A stretch of DNA of 63,915 bases, filler included, from an uncultured bacterium (GTDB lineage: Bacteria > CAYJRR01), in NCBI GenBank assembly GCA_964372275.1. It is 9 parts of 9 records of this genome, joined end to end, with 100 filler letters (N's around TTAATTAATTAA, not from the genome) between each part and the next. Parts side by side here need not be neighbours in the genome. Positions count along the whole stretch, not along the records: positions 8,090 to 16,052 come from CAYJRR010000171.1; positions 16,153 to 24,007 come from CAYJRR010000172.1; 7 more parts are not named here. The stretch is one strand, 5' to 3'. Positions 9,021 to 19,213 of this stretch are shown one piece after another; within the stretch, counting starts at the first letter, position 1; every line of letters begins with the position of its first letter. The position numbers were made by a program, and so were the translations under genes. Under the pieces are notes generated by a model, which saw only the letters and a program-made list of their open reading frames with translations, had not been told where the DNA came from and searched no databases.

Positions 9021-10268
9021 CTAGAAGAGCTCGCCGAACATCTGACGGATCCGATCGCGGATGCGGAGACCGAAGCCCCCCGCCGAGCCGCCGCCGACGC
9101 GCCGGCTCAGGAGCCGCTGCACCCCCTGGCTGCGCACACCGTGCAGGACGAGACCGACGCCCGTGGCGTACATCGGGCTGTTGACGACGTCGATCAAGCC
9201 CCCGATCCCCGACGGCGAGGCGCGGCGGACGGGGAGGTCGAAGATCCGCTCCGCCGCCTCGACCATCCCCGGCATGATCGTCGTGCCGCCGGTGAGCACC
9301 ACCCCGGAGGCGATCAGGTCGCCGAACCCCGACTTGGCGATCTCCCGGTCGACCAGCGTCAGGATCTCCTCCGCCCGCGGCTCGATGATGTCGGTCAGCA
9401 CCTTGCGGCCGACGACCCTCGACGGCCGCCCCCCGACCGACGGCACCTCGATCGTCTCGTCCTTGCCGACGAGCAAGCCCAGCGCGCAGCCGTGGCGGTG
9501 CTTGATCTTCTCCGCCTCGGAGACCGGCGTGCGCAGCCCGACCGCGATGTCGTTGGTGAAGTGATCGCCGCCCAGCGGGAGCACCGCGGTGTGGACGACG
9601 CTCCCCTTGAGGAACATCGCCAGGTCGGCCGTCCCGCCTCCGACGTCGATCAACGCCACCCCGAGCTCCTTCTCGTCGGCGGTGAGGCAGGCCTCGGCGG
9701 AGGCCAACGGCTCGAGCACGATGTCCCGCACCTGCAGGCCGGCGCGGGTGCAGCACTTCACGATGTTCTGAACCGCCGAGACCGAGGCGGTGATGATGTG
9801 CACCTTCGCCTCGAGCCGCACCCCGGCCATGCCGCCCGGCGACTGGATCCCGTCCTGGTCGTCGATGATGTACTGCTGCGGAACGACGTGGATCAGCTCC
9901 TGGTCGGTGGGGATGGCGATCGCCTGCGCCGCGTCGATCACCCGGCGCACGTCCTCGGCCTGGACCTCCTTGTCCTTGACCGCGACCACGCCGTGCGAGT
10001 TGAAGGCCTTGATGTGGGAGCCCGCGATCCCGGCGTAGACCGCGCCGATCTCGCAGCCCGCCATCAGCTCGGCCTCCTCGACCGCCTTCTTGATGCCGGC
10101 GACGGTCGATTCGATGTTGATCACCACCCCTTTGCGGAGCCCCGTGGAACGGGTCGAGCCGATCCCCACGATGTCGACCCCGTCGTCGGTGACCTCGCCC
10201 ACGATCGCGCAGATCTTCGTGGTGCCGATGTCCAGTCCGACGACGAGCCCCTCCTGCCTGCGTCCCAT
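9021..10268 (-). CDS. ftsA: Cell division protein FtsA
   Basis: [28 protein letters not shown]; position before ftsZ. Confidence 0.97.
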   Translation of the reverse strand: MGRRQEGLVVGLDIGTTKICAIVGEVTDDGVDIVGIGSTRSTGLRKGVVINIESTVAGIKKAVEEAELMAGCEIGAVYAGIAGSHIKAFNSHGVVAVKDKEVQAEDVRRVIDAAQAIAIPTDQELIHVVPQQYIIDDQDGIQSPGGMAGVRLEAKVHIITASVSAVQNIVKCCTRAGLQVRDIVLEPLASAEACLTADEKELGVALIDVGGGTADLAMFLKGSVVHTAVLPLGGDHFTNDIAVGLRTPVSEAEKIKHRHGCALGLLVGKDETIEVPSVGGRPSRVVGRKVLTDIIEPRAEEILTLVDREIAKSGFGDLIASGVVLTGGTTIMPGMVEAAERIFDLPVRRASPSGIGGLIDVVNSPMYATGVGLVLHGVRSQGVQRLLSRRVGGGSAGGFGLRIRDRIRQMFGELF

Positions 10269-10282
10269 ACGGCTCCTTCTGT

Positions 10283-11062
10283 TTAACGCCCCACGATGAC
10301 CCGTGATGCGTAGGTGAGATCGATCGACCGGACCGCGTCCGACGCGCCCCCCCACCGGGCTCCGGCCTCGCGCGCCCGGCGCAGCTTCGCGACCTTCCTG
10401 GCGTAGTCCCCCGTGCCGAAACGAACCCGGACCTCGCCGTCCATCGTCACGACCGAGTAGCCTTCCGCGCCCTCCCAGACGATCTCCGAGACTTCGTCCT
10501 CGGGGAGGACCGACGACGCCTCGTTCCCCCGAAGCGTCTCCAGGAGCTCCAGCGCCCCGACGATCGCCTCGCGCGAGCCGGCCAGCTCCTCGCGGGTGAC
10601 GCCGGTCAGCACCGGCAGGTCGTACGGCTCGCCGGGGGCGATCGCCTTGAACGGCGTCCCTCCGGCGTCGACGAAGTAGAGCCGGTCGAGCGCCAGCGCC
10701 ATCGCCGGCACGCGCTCCTCGACGAGCAGCCGGATCGTGTCGGGGAAGTCCCGCTTCACCTTCGCGCGCGCCACCCAGGGGTGGCTCTCGGCGCGGAGCC
10801 GAACCTGGCCCAGATCGGCGAAGAGGAGGTTGGAGGCGGCCGACGGGGTCGTCTCGTCGAGCGTGAGGCCGAGGAGCGACTGGATCTCGGCGGCGCGCGC
10901 GCCGCCCGTTCCCTCGATCACCACGTGACGGATCGTCAGCGCGGGGGAGCGCGCGAGGTAGACGTACCCCGCGATCGGAAGGCCCGTCGCGGTCGCGGTG
11001 AGGGTGATGGCGATGGCGACACGCCGGACCGTGACGAGCAGCCCGCGGACCCCGCGGCTCAC
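10283..11062 (-). CDS. ftsQ: Cell division protein FtsQ/DivIB
   Basis: TM plus POTRA (PWVARAKVKRDFPDTIRLLVEERVP), C-terminal IDLTY; GTG overlaps ddl stop. Confidence 0.9.
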   Translation of the reverse strand: MSRGVRGLLVTVRRVAIAITLTATATGLPIAGYVYLARSPALTIRHVVIEGTGGARAAEIQSLLGLTLDETTPSAASNLLFADLGQVRLRAESHPWVARAKVKRDFPDTIRLLVEERVPAMALALDRLYFVDAGGTPFKAIAPGEPYDLPVLTGVTREELAGSREAIVGALELLETLRGNEASSVLPEDEVSEIVWEGAEGYSVVTMDGEVRVRFGTGDYARKVAKLRRAREAGARWGGASDAVRSIDLTYASRVIVGR

Positions 11063-12033
11063 AGCTTCAGCCTCGCCGTCGACAGGATCTCCTCCACCAA
11101 CTCCGGGAAGCCGATCCCCGCCTCCGCCGCCGCCTTCGGGACGAGCGAGGTCTCGGTCATCCCCGGTACGGTGTTCGTCTCCAGGAGCCACGGGCGTCCG
11201 TCGCCGTCGACGATCAGGTCGGAGCGGGTCACCCCTTCGCAGCCCAGGACCCGGTGCGCCTCGATTGCGAGCGCTTGAGCCTCGGAGGCGACCGCCTTCG
11301 GCACGCGCGCCGGGCAGAGATACTGCGTCTTGCCGCGGGTGTATTCGTACTTGGCGTCGAAGTCGAAGAGGCCGGACGGGGGGACGATCTCGACGATCGG
11401 CAGGGCGCGCGCCGCGTCCGAAGCGCCGAGGACGGCGACGGTGATCTCGGTGCCCGCCACGAAGCGCTCGACCAGGATCGTCTGGTCGTAGCGCGCGGCG
11501 GCCTGGAGCGCCGCGACATACTCCGTGCGGTCGGCCCTCTGGACCACGGTGATCCCGAGCGTGGAACCGGCGTTGGCCGGCTTGACCACCCACGGCGGCG
11601 GGAGTCCGACCGGAAGCTCGACGTCGGCGAAGGCGCTACCCGCGCGCGCGTCGTCCCGGGCCTGGACGACGGTCCACGCCGGCGTGGGCAGCTCGGCGTG
11701 CTCGTAGAAGCGTTTGGTCGCGACCTTGTCCATCGACACCGACGAGGCGAGGACCCCGCTGTGCGTGTAGGGGATCCGCATCACTTCGAGGAGACCCTGC
11801 ACCGAACCGTCTTCGCCGAGCTTCCCGTGGAGGCAGACGAACGCCACGCCGACCCGGGTGTCGATCAGACGACGGGGGAGGTCGGGCCCGACGTCGATCG
11901 CTTCGACGTCGTGCCCCTTTCCCAGAAGCGCGGCGAGCACCGCCTTGCCGGTGCGCAGCGAGATGTCCCGCTCCGGCGAGGTGCCGCCGTAGAGGACCCC
12001 GACCCGACTGGATGTCGATCGCCCGTCGATCAT
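11059..12033 (-). CDS. ddl: D-alanine--D-alanine ligase
   Basis: GGTSPERDISL, LHGKLGEDG, DFDAKY, LETNTVPGMT. Confidence 0.97.
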   Translation of the reverse strand: MIDGRSTSSRVGVLYGGTSPERDISLRTGKAVLAALLGKGHDVEAIDVGPDLPRRLIDTRVGVAFVCLHGKLGEDGSVQGLLEVMRIPYTHSGVLASSVSMDKVATKRFYEHAELPTPAWTVVQARDDARAGSAFADVELPVGLPPPWVVKPANAGSTLGITVVQRADRTEYVAALQAAARYDQTILVERFVAGTEITVAVLGASDAARALPIVEIVPPSGLFDFDAKYEYTRGKTQYLCPARVPKAVASEAQALAIEAHRVLGCEGVTRSDLIVDGDGRPWLLETNTVPGMTETSLVPKAAAEAGIGFPELVEEILSTARLKL

Positions 12034-12084
12034 CGGAAGTTGTGGCTATACGTTGCCATACACTACGCAGATTGGCCAGCGTTA

Positions 12085-13041
12085 TCACGTCGAGCCGGAA
12101 TCGGCCAACTCCTCGCCCAGGATGCGCCATTCGCTCTCCAACGTGACGCCATGGGCCTCCCGGACCTTGTCCTTCACCAGGGCGACCAGACCGAGCACGT
12201 CCTTGGCCGTCGCCCCACCGACGTTGACGATGAAGTTCCCGTGCAGCTCGCTGATCTGCGCCCCGCGGAGGCGCACCCCCTTCAAGCCGAGCTCGTCGAT
12301 CACCCGCCCGACCGACATCGTCGTCTTCCCGCTCTTGGGGTCGCGCACGTTCTTGAAGGCGCACCCGGCGTTGGGGAGGTCGAGCGGCTGGGTCGCCTTC
12401 CGCTTCGACTTCGATTCGTCGACCCGCCGTCCGATCTCCCTCGGATCGCCCGGACGGAAGCGGAAGACCGCTTCCAGCGCGACCGTCCCGCGGTCGAGCC
12501 CCCACGAGCGGTAGACGTACGGGATCTCGGAACGCGCGTGGGTCACGAGGCGGCCGTTGCGGTCGACGACGTCGATCGACTCGACCACCGACTCGGTGTC
12601 GCCGTCGTGCGTCCCCGCGTTCATCGCCAGCGCGCCGCCGACCTGGCCCGGGATGCCGCACATCCGCTCGCAGCCGGCCATCCCCCATTCGCGCGCGCGC
12701 GCCACCAGGCTGGGGAGCGGCACGCCGGCGCCGGCGCGGACGCGCGTCTCGTCCTGCCGCTCGAGGCGGTCGAAGGCGCCGACGTCGATCAGCACGCCGC
12801 GATACCCGCCGTCGCGCACGATCAGGTTCGATCCCGCGCCGACGACGTCGTAGGGGATCTTGAGCCGCCGCGCCATCTGCACGAAGGCGGCGGCGTCGGC
12901 GCCGTCGAGCGGACGGAACAGCGCGTCGGCCGGTCCTCCGACGCGGATCGTGGTCCTCTCCTTCATCGGCACGTTCCAGGAGAGCTCCCCCCGGACGGTG
13001 GCGGCGATCGCTTCGCGGATCTCTTTCGACAGGACGTTCAC
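12085..13041 (-). CDS. murB: UDP-N-acetylenolpyruvoylglucosamine reductase
   Basis: VGGPAD, GAGSNL, GIPGQVGGALAMNAG, NAGCAFKN, HGNFIVN. Confidence 0.96.
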   Translation of the reverse strand: MNVLSKEIREAIAATVRGELSWNVPMKERTTIRVGGPADALFRPLDGADAAAFVQMARRLKIPYDVVGAGSNLIVRDGGYRGVLIDVGAFDRLERQDETRVRAGAGVPLPSLVARAREWGMAGCERMCGIPGQVGGALAMNAGTHDGDTESVVESIDVVDRNGRLVTHARSEIPYVYRSWGLDRGTVALEAVFRFRPGDPREIGRRVDESKSKRKATQPLDLPNAGCAFKNVRDPKSGKTTMSVGRVIDELGLKGVRLRGAQISELHGNFIVNVGGATAKDVLGLVALVKDKVREAHGVTLESEWRILGEELADSGST

Positions 13042-13051
13042 GGGAAGGTTC

Positions 13052-14425
13052 CTACGGTCCTCTCTTGGCGAGCCGCTCCAGGATCGGCGCGGCGAGCTTG
13101 TTGATGTCCCCGGCGCCGAGCAGCAGCACCAGGTCTCCCGGCTCGAGCTCCGGCTCGATCCGGTCGGGGAGGGTGTACTTGTCCGGCACCCAGTGCACGT
13201 CGCGGTGGCCGGCGCGGATCGCCTCGGCCAGCCGCTCGGAGGTGACCCCCGGAATCGGCTCCTCGCCGGCGGGATAGATGTCGGTGAGCGCCAGGACGTC
13301 CGATTCGTTGAAGCAGCTCATGAAGTCGCCGAACAGGTCGCGGGTGCGCGTGTAGCGATGCGGCTGGAACAGCGTGACGATGCGCTTCGGCTCGAGGGTG
13401 CGCGCCGCGGCGAGGGTGGCGCGGATCTCCGCCGGATGATGCCCGTAGTCCTCCACCACCCGCACGCCGGCGACGATCCCCTTGGTTTCGAACCGGCGCC
13501 GCACGCCGCCGAACGACCCCAGCGCCTTCGCCGTCGTCTCGAACGGGACGTCGAGCTCGGTGGCCACCGCGATCGCCGCCAGCGCGTTGTCGACGTTGTG
13601 CACGCCGGGAATCGGGAGCCGCACCTCGCCCAGGGTGGTGGCGCCGCGGACGACCTGGAACTCGCTGCCGAAGCTCCCCAGGCGGATGCCGGTGGCGCGG
13701 AAGTCGGCGTGGACGTTTCGTCCGTAGGTGACGTAGCGGCGGCGGATCTCCGGCATGATCCGCTGCACGTTCGGATGGTCGTGGCTCAACACCGCGAGGC
13801 CGTAGAACGGGACCTTGTTGGCAAAGTCGCGGAACGCCTTGAACAGGTCGTCCATCGTGCCGTAGTGGTCGAGGTGCTCGGCGTCGATGTTGGTGACGAC
13901 GGCGACGGTCGGGGAGAGGAGCAGGAAGCTGCCGTCGCTCTCGTCGGCCTCGGCGACGAGCAGCTCCCCCTTCCCGAGCTTGGCGTTCGACTCGAACCGG
14001 TCGAGGCGCCCGCCGATCACCGCCGTCGGATCGAGGCCGGCTTCGTGGAGGATGGTGGCCACCATCGAGGTGGTGGTCGTCTTCCCGTGCGAGCCGCCGA
14101 CGGCGACGCCGTACTTCATGCGCATCAGCTCGGCGAGCATCTCCGCGCGCGGGATCAGCGGGACGTTCTGCCGCTCGGCCGCCACCACCTCCGGGTTGTC
14201 GGGGCGGATGGCGGAGGAGGTGACGACGACGTCGGCGCCGGCGACGTTCTCGGCCGCGTGGCCGGCGTGGACCGTGACCCCCAACCGCTGCAGCCGTTCG
14301 GTCACGTCGCTCGTCCGGGCGTCCGAGCCGGAGACCTCGTAGCCCAGGTTGTGGAGGACCTCGGCGATCCCCGACATCCCGATCCCGCCGATGCCGATGA
14401 AATGGACGCGCTTGACCCGCCTCAC
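13052..14425 (-). CDS. murC: UDP-N-acetylmuramate--L-alanine ligase
   Basis: VHFIGIGGIGMSG, GSHGKTTT, EADESDGSF, DYGHHP, FQPHRY; GTG 14425 overlaps murG stop. Confidence 0.97.
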   Translation of the reverse strand: MRRVKRVHFIGIGGIGMSGIAEVLHNLGYEVSGSDARTSDVTERLQRLGVTVHAGHAAENVAGADVVVTSSAIRPDNPEVVAAERQNVPLIPRAEMLAELMRMKYGVAVGGSHGKTTTTSMVATILHEAGLDPTAVIGGRLDRFESNAKLGKGELLVAEADESDGSFLLLSPTVAVVTNIDAEHLDHYGTMDDLFKAFRDFANKVPFYGLAVLSHDHPNVQRIMPEIRRRYVTYGRNVHADFRATGIRLGSFGSEFQVVRGATTLGEVRLPIPGVHNVDNALAAIAVATELDVPFETTAKALGSFGGVRRRFETKGIVAGVRVVEDYGHHPAEIRATLAAARTLEPKRIVTLFQPHRYTRTRDLFGDFMSCFNESDVLALTDIYPAGEEPIPGVTSERLAEAIRAGHRDVHWVPDKYTLPDRIEPELEPGDLVLLLGAGDINKLAAPILERLAKRGP

Positions 14426-15600
14426 GGCGCCCCCTCGCCGGCGGGAGGATCGACCACCAGCCCCGCCAGCGCCAACACGTCGCGGGCGATCTCGGTGGCG
14501 GCGTCGGGGCGCCCCAGGGCGAGCGCGTTCTCCGCCATCCGGGCGCGGCGCTCGCCGTCGGCGGCAAGGAGCGCCACCTCCTCGGCCAGACGGAGTCCGG
14601 TCAGGTCCGCGTCGGGGATCCGCCGCGCGGCCCCCTCCTTCTCGAGCGCCTGCGCGTTCTTCGTCTGGTGGTCGTAGATGGCGTGCGGGAAGGGGACCAG
14701 GAGCGACGGGCGTCCGCAGGCGAGGAGCTCGGCGACGGTCGAGGCGCCGGCGCGGCACAGCACCAGGTCGGCGGCGGCGTACTGCGCCCCCATGTCGTGC
14801 AGGAAGGGCCGCACGTCGGCCGCGATCCCGGCCCGGGCGTAGGCCTCCGCCACCGCGGCGTGCTCGCCCTCGCCGGTCTGGTGCACGATCGAGATCCCCG
14901 GGATCCGCTCCCGCAGGAGGGGGAGCGCCTCGACCATCGCCGCGTTGATCCGCTTCGCGCCGAGGCTTCCGCCGAAGACGAGCAGCCGGAACGGCCGCGC
15001 GCCGTTCGTCGATCCCGCCGCGTCCGCCGGCCCGCCGGCGACGGGGGCGGTCCGGCGGGCCTCGTCGACGACGGCGCGCCGGATCGGGCAGCCGGTGACG
15101 CGCACCTTCCGTCGCGCCCCGAACGCCGCGGCGGCCTCGTCGAGGGGCACGAAGATCCGCCGCACCACGCGCGCGAGGAGGCCGTTGGTGAATCCGGGAA
15201 CGACGTTCTGTTCGACGATCGCGGTCGGGATCCCGCGCAGCGCCGCGGTCAGCACCGTCGGCCCGGAGGCGTAGCCCCCGATGCCGATCACGGCGTGGGG
15301 GCGCTCCCGCCGCAAGAGCCGGCTGCTTTGCCACAGCGCCCGCGGAACCTTGGCGAGTCCGGCGAGTCCGCGCAGGACCCCGCGCCCCTTGATCCCGGCG
15401 ATCTCCAGGAGCTCGAGACGGTAGCCTTCGCGCGGCAGCACCCGCGCCTCGATCCCGCGGCGGGTGCCGACGAACAACACCTCGGCGTGCGGCGCCAGAC
15501 GGCGCGCCTCCGCGGCGACGGCGATCCCCGAGTAGAGGTGGCCGCCCGTGCCGCCGCCGGCGAAGAGGAGCTTCAACCCCGTGGCCGTCGGCGCCGTCAC
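14422..15600 (-). CDS. murG: Lipid II N-acetylglucosaminyltransferase
   Basis: GGGTGGHLY, GGYAS, EQN, GGSLGA, RAGAST, HQTKNA. Confidence 0.97.
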   Translation of the reverse strand: MTAPTATGLKLLFAGGGTGGHLYSGIAVAAEARRLAPHAEVLFVGTRRGIEARVLPREGYRLELLEIAGIKGRGVLRGLAGLAKVPRALWQSSRLLRRERPHAVIGIGGYASGPTVLTAALRGIPTAIVEQNVVPGFTNGLLARVVRRIFVPLDEAAAAFGARRKVRVTGCPIRRAVVDEARRTAPVAGGPADAAGSTNGARPFRLLVFGGSLGAKRINAAMVEALPLLRERIPGISIVHQTGEGEHAAVAEAYARAGIAADVRPFLHDMGAQYAAADLVLCRAGASTVAELLACGRPSLLVPFPHAIYDHQTKNAQALEKEGAARRIPDADLTGLRLAEEVALLAADGERRARMAENALALGRPDAATEIARDVLALAGLVVDPPAGEGAP

Positions 15601-16052
15601 GTCGCCCTCCGCAGCCGCGCCGCCGCCGGCGAGAAGTCGGTGTGCGCCGAGACGTTCATCAGGATCCCGATGCAGCTCAGGGTCACCAGGAGCGACGTTC
15701 CCCCGTACGAGACGAGGGGAAGGGTGATCCCCTTGGTCGGCGCCAGACCCAGCACCACCGCGCCGTTGAACGCGGCCTGGAATCCGAGCAGCGCCGTCAG
15801 GCCGAAGGCCACCATGCGGCCGAAGACGTCCCCCTGGTGGAGCGCGACCGAAAGCCCCCTCCAGACGAGCACCGCGAAGCAGGCGAAGACGAGCAGCACG
15901 CCGAAGGCCCCCAGCTCCTCCCCCACCACCGACAGCACGAAGTCGCTGTGGGCCTCGGGGAGGAAGAAGAGCTTCTGGCGCCCTTCGCCCAGTCCCTGAC
16001 CGACCAGCCCCCCGCCCTGGAAGGCGAGGAGCGATTGGATGTTCTGGTAGCC
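15597..16052 (-). CDS. ftsW: FtsW (SEDS family), 5' truncated
   Basis: GYQ..QSL..GQGLGEGRQKLFFLPEAHSDF..GEELG, PTKGITLPLVSYGG. Confidence 0.95.
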   Translation of the reverse strand, partial: GYQNIQSLLAFQGGGLVGQGLGEGRQKLFFLPEAHSDFVLSVVGEELGAFGVLLVFACFAVLVWRGLSVALHQGDVFGRMVAFGLTALLGFQAAFNGAVVLGLAPTKGITLPLVSYGGTSLLVTLSCIGILMNVSAHTDFSPAAARLRRAT

Positions 16053-16152
16053 NNNNNNNNNNNNNNNNNNNNNNNNNNNNNNNNNNNNNNNNNNNNTTAA
16101 TTAATTAANNNNNNNNNNNNNNNNNNNNNNNNNNNNNNNNNNNNNNNNNNNN
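16053..16152. other. Artificial contig linker
   Basis: N run with TTAATTAATTAA. Confidence 0.99.
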
Positions 16153-16344
16153 ACGCCGCGCCAGGTGGCGCTCCGTTTCCTGGTCCGGAACCCGCTCGTC
16201 TTCGCGATCCCCAAGTCGTCCGACCCCACCCACGTCGCCGAGAACGCCGCCGCCGGCGACCTCCGCCTCACCGCCGACGACATTGCCCGCCTCGAGACGG
16301 CCTTCCCCCTCCGCCGGAAGCCCCGCGAGCTCCCCACGCTGTAA
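16153..16344 (+). CDS. Aldo/keto reductase, C-terminal fragment (not in ORF track)
   Basis: Hand translation TPRQVALRFLVRNPLVFAIPKSSDPTHVAENAAAGDLRLTADDIARLETAFP...*; contains the AKR IPKS motif. Confidence 0.85.
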   Translation, partial: TPRQVALRFLVRNPLVFAIPKSSDPTHVAENAAAGDLRLTADDIARLETAFPLRRKPRELPTL

Positions 16345-16516
16345 CAACGCCGTCGAGTCCGATCTTCGGACATTGCCGACCGCTCCACCTGCAGCCAGGT
16401 TTGCAGAATCGCCTTCGCGCGCACCGCTCCATTGGAACTTGACGCGCGTTCGTCGGCTGCAGATCGGCACATGCGCTGCAGCGCCCGCGCGTGTTGGCAA
16501 CGCAGGGGAAACCGTT

Positions 16517-17104
16517 ATGCTCGACGTCGTGGAGAGCCCGTTCGTGGGGGAAGTGCGACCGCGCCGCTGGACGAGGCGGGAGTACGCGCAGATGGTGGCC
16601 GCGGGGCTGCTCCGGGAAGAGGATCGGGTCGAGCTCATCGACGGGGAGGTCCTCGTCATGAGCCCCGTCGGCGCGGAGCACGTACGGTGCACGATTCTGG
16701 TGGTGGAAGCGCTGCGGCGCGCATTCGGGGATCGGTTCACGATCGGGTGCCAGTTCCCGCTCGCCGTCGGACCGCGCGACGAGCCGCAACCCGACGTCTA
16801 CGTCGTCCCGGGGAGACCTCGGGAGCTCGCGCGAAAACGGAAGGATCATCCGACCTCGGCGCGCCTCGTCGTCGAAGTCGCCGACTCGTCGCTCCCGTTC
16901 GATCGAACGGTGAAGTCCAGGATCTACGCGCGAGCGCGCGTTCCCGACTACTGGATCGTCGACCTGACGAGCCGGCGACTGGAGGTGCGTCGCGGCCCGG
17001 GCCGGGACGGATACCGCTCGACGACGATCTTGTCTGCCGACGCCGTCGTCCGGCCGTTGGGCCGACCGCGCTCGAAGATCCGCGTGGCCGACCTGCTACC
17101 GTAG
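16517..17104 (+). CDS. Uma2-family (DUF820) putative endonuclease
   Basis: RVELIDGE, EPQPD, LVVEVADSSL.FDR..K..IYA...DYWIVD. Confidence 0.9.
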   Translation: MLDVVESPFVGEVRPRRWTRREYAQMVAAGLLREEDRVELIDGEVLVMSPVGAEHVRCTILVVEALRRAFGDRFTIGCQFPLAVGPRDEPQPDVYVVPGRPRELARKRKDHPTSARLVVEVADSSLPFDRTVKSRIYARARVPDYWIVDLTSRRLEVRRGPGRDGYRSTTILSADAVVRPLGRPRSKIRVADLLP

Positions 17105-17272
17105 AGGCGGCGCGGTCGCGCGCATCCCGCGGCCGCGGCCGGGGCCGCAAACGCGACCGGGACCGATGCCGCGGCCACCGCCGAGGGAAGACCCTTCGAT
17201 TCCGGAAAGGGTTGGAACGGCGGAGGATTCCGCCTCGGCCGGCCACGCGAGAACGGCGGTAGAATCGTCCGG

Positions 17273-19126
17273 ATGCGGCCGATTCTTGCCCGCGGATCGC
17301 GCGCCGTGTTGCACGTCGCGCTCCTCGTGCTCCCGCCGGCGTCGGCGCTCTTGTTTGCCGGCGCCTGCACCGACGACTACATCTCGATCCGTACGCCGAC
17401 GCCGATCCCGACCGAGGAGCCTCCGTCCGACAACGCCCGCCTCGCGAGCTTGATCCTCTCCTCCCCGGCGGAGGCGATCAGCCCGACCTTCGATCCGGAC
17501 GTCACGTCCTACGCCGCGAGCGTCGGCCTCTACGCCTCCACCGTCCGCGTCGTCGCCGCGACGGAGGACACCGCCGCGACGATCGCGATCGAAACCGCCC
17601 CCGTCCCCTCCGGCGAACCGACCGACCCGATCCCCCTCGCCCTCGGCCCGACGACGATCTCGATCGTCGTGACCGCCGAAAGCGGCGCCACGAAGACCTA
17701 CGTCCTGCAATTGAATCGCGCGTCGCAACTGGTGGCGATGCCGACGTATTTCAAGGCGTCGAATACGGATGCGGGGGATGCGTTCGGCTACTCGGTCGCG
17801 ATCGATGGAGACACCCTCGTGATTGGAGCGCCAAACGAGGCGTCGGCGGCGACGGGGGTGAATGGGGACCAGGGCGACAACAGCGCGGATGACGCCGGTG
17901 CCGCCTATGTTTTCGTGCGGGAAGCGGGAACTTGGACCCAGCAGGCCTACCTCAAGGCGTCGAACGCCGAAACGCTGGACCGTTTCGGATATCGCGTCGG
18001 CATCTCCGGCGACACCATCGTGGTGGCCACCCCCGGCGAGGACTCGAACGCCACTGGTGTTGACGGCAATCAGGCGAACAACTCCGCGAACAACGGCGGT
18101 GCCGTCTACGTCTTCGTTCGAACGGCAGGTGCCTGGAGCCAACAGGCCTACTTGAAAGCCTCCAATACGGGCAGTGACGACACCTTCGGCGACAGCGTGG
18201 CGATTTCGGGCGACACGATTGTCGTCGGCGCCGGCGGCGAGGATTCCAACGCGACCTTCGTCAATGGCGACCAGACAAATAACGCGGCCAGCGTCGCCGG
18301 GGCCGCCTACGTCTTCGTGAGGAATGGAGCCGCTTGGGCCCAGCAGGCGTACCTGAAGCCGACGAACACGGGAGTGGGCGACGCGTTCGGCATCGGTGTC
18401 GACGTCTCGGGAAACACGATCGTCATTGGCTCGGTGGGCGAGGACTCGAGCGCGACCGGTGTCAACGGAGCGCAAAACAACGAAGGCGCGCTCAACAGCG
18501 GCGCCGCGTATGTCTTCGTACGGAATGGAACGATCTGGACACAACAGGCCTACTTGAAGGCCTCCAATGCGGCCGCCAATGACCAGTTTGGCGGGAGCGT
18601 ATCAATCTCGGGCGACACCGTCGTCATCGGTGCCACCGCCGAAGACTCCGCCGCCACCGGAGTCAACGGCGATCAAACCGACAATTCAGAACTCAGCAGC
18701 GGCGCGGCCTACGTCTTCACCAGAACGGGAACGACGTGGAGCCAGCAGGCGTACGTCAAGGCATCCAACGCACAGTACAGTGACTACTTCGGTTACAGCC
18801 TGGCAATACGAGGCGATCGGCTTGTGGTCGGCGCCAACAACGAACAGTCCACTTCGACGGGCGTGAACGGTAATCAGTACGCCGACGTCGCAACGGGAAG
18901 CGGCGCCGCCTACCTATTCACCCGCACCGGGGGTGTTTGGAGCCAGGCGGCCTATCTGAAGGCTTCCAATACCGACCCAAATGATCTGTTCGGCACGAGC
19001 GTCGCGTTGTCCGAGGATGCCGTTCTCGTCTCTGCCACCGGCGAAGATTCTAGCGCAACAGGAATCGACGGTGATTCATCGAACAACTCCAACGAAGGCG
19101 CCGGTGCCGCGTACCTGTTTCAGTGA
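17273..19126 (+). CDS. Lipoprotein: cadherin-like beta-sandwich plus FG-GAP beta-propeller (paralog A)
   Basis: FAGAC lipobox; DNARLASL..PTFDPDVTSY..VTAESG..Y; seven repeats of YLKASN..D.FG.SVAISGDT.V.GA..ED..GAAYVF. Confidence 0.88.
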   Translation: MRPILARGSRAVLHVALLVLPPASALLFAGACTDDYISIRTPTPIPTEEPPSDNARLASLILSSPAEAISPTFDPDVTSYAASVGLYASTVRVVAATEDTAATIAIETAPVPSGEPTDPIPLALGPTTISIVVTAESGATKTYVLQLNRASQLVAMPTYFKASNTDAGDAFGYSVAIDGDTLVIGAPNEASAATGVNGDQGDNSADDAGAAYVFVREAGTWTQQAYLKASNAETLDRFGYRVGISGDTIVVATPGEDSNATGVDGNQANNSANNGGAVYVFVRTAGAWSQQAYLKASNTGSDDTFGDSVAISGDTIVVGAGGEDSNATFVNGDQTNNAASVAGAAYVFVRNGAAWAQQAYLKPTNTGVGDAFGIGVDVSGNTIVIGSVGEDSSATGVNGAQNNEGALNSGAAYVFVRNGTIWTQQAYLKASNAAANDQFGGSVSISGDTVVIGATAEDSAATGVNGDQTDNSELSSGAAYVFTRTGTTWSQQAYVKASNAQYSDYFGYSLAIRGDRLVVGANNEQSTSTGVNGNQYADVATGSGAAYLFTRTGGVWSQAAYLKASNTDPNDLFGTSVALSEDAVLVSATGEDSSATGIDGDSSNNSNEGAGAAYLFQ

Positions 19127-19142
19127 AACTAGAGCGTTCCCG

Positions 19143-19186
19143 AAAAAAAGAGGAAAGGGCCGGCCGCTCGTGGGAGCAGCCGGCCC
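19143..19186 (-). terminator. Rho-independent terminator of the minus-strand lipoprotein gene
   Basis: Minus strand hairpin GGGCCGGCTGCTC-ccac-GAGCGGCCGGCCC followed by TTTCCTCTTTTTTT. Confidence 0.75.
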
Positions 19187-19213
19187 CTGGTGCCTACGCT
19201 TGTGCTCGTGCAG

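Noticed and set aside
8090-16052. dcw cluster, including a ~21-aa N-terminal extension on FtsZ and an AT-richer murB-ddl spacer
   Set aside because: Standard gene order and motifs; the variations are small and the FtsZ start is ambiguous.
16345-16516. Hairpins and palindromes upstream of the Uma2 gene as a possible riboswitch or ncRNA
   Set aside because: Only short stems; I recognise no RNA family. An Rfam search would be needed.
16517-17104. Uma2 nuclease (and the PLD fragment at 7585) as anti-phage defence
   Set aside because: Solitary Uma2 genes are common, no partner genes are present, and the PLD gene is truncated.
17740-19126. Repeats with ~200-bp period here and at 41990-43311, as possible CRISPR or DGR elements
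   Set aside because: They are degenerate in-frame FG-GAP blades. There are no identical repeats with spacers and no cas or reverse transcriptase gene.
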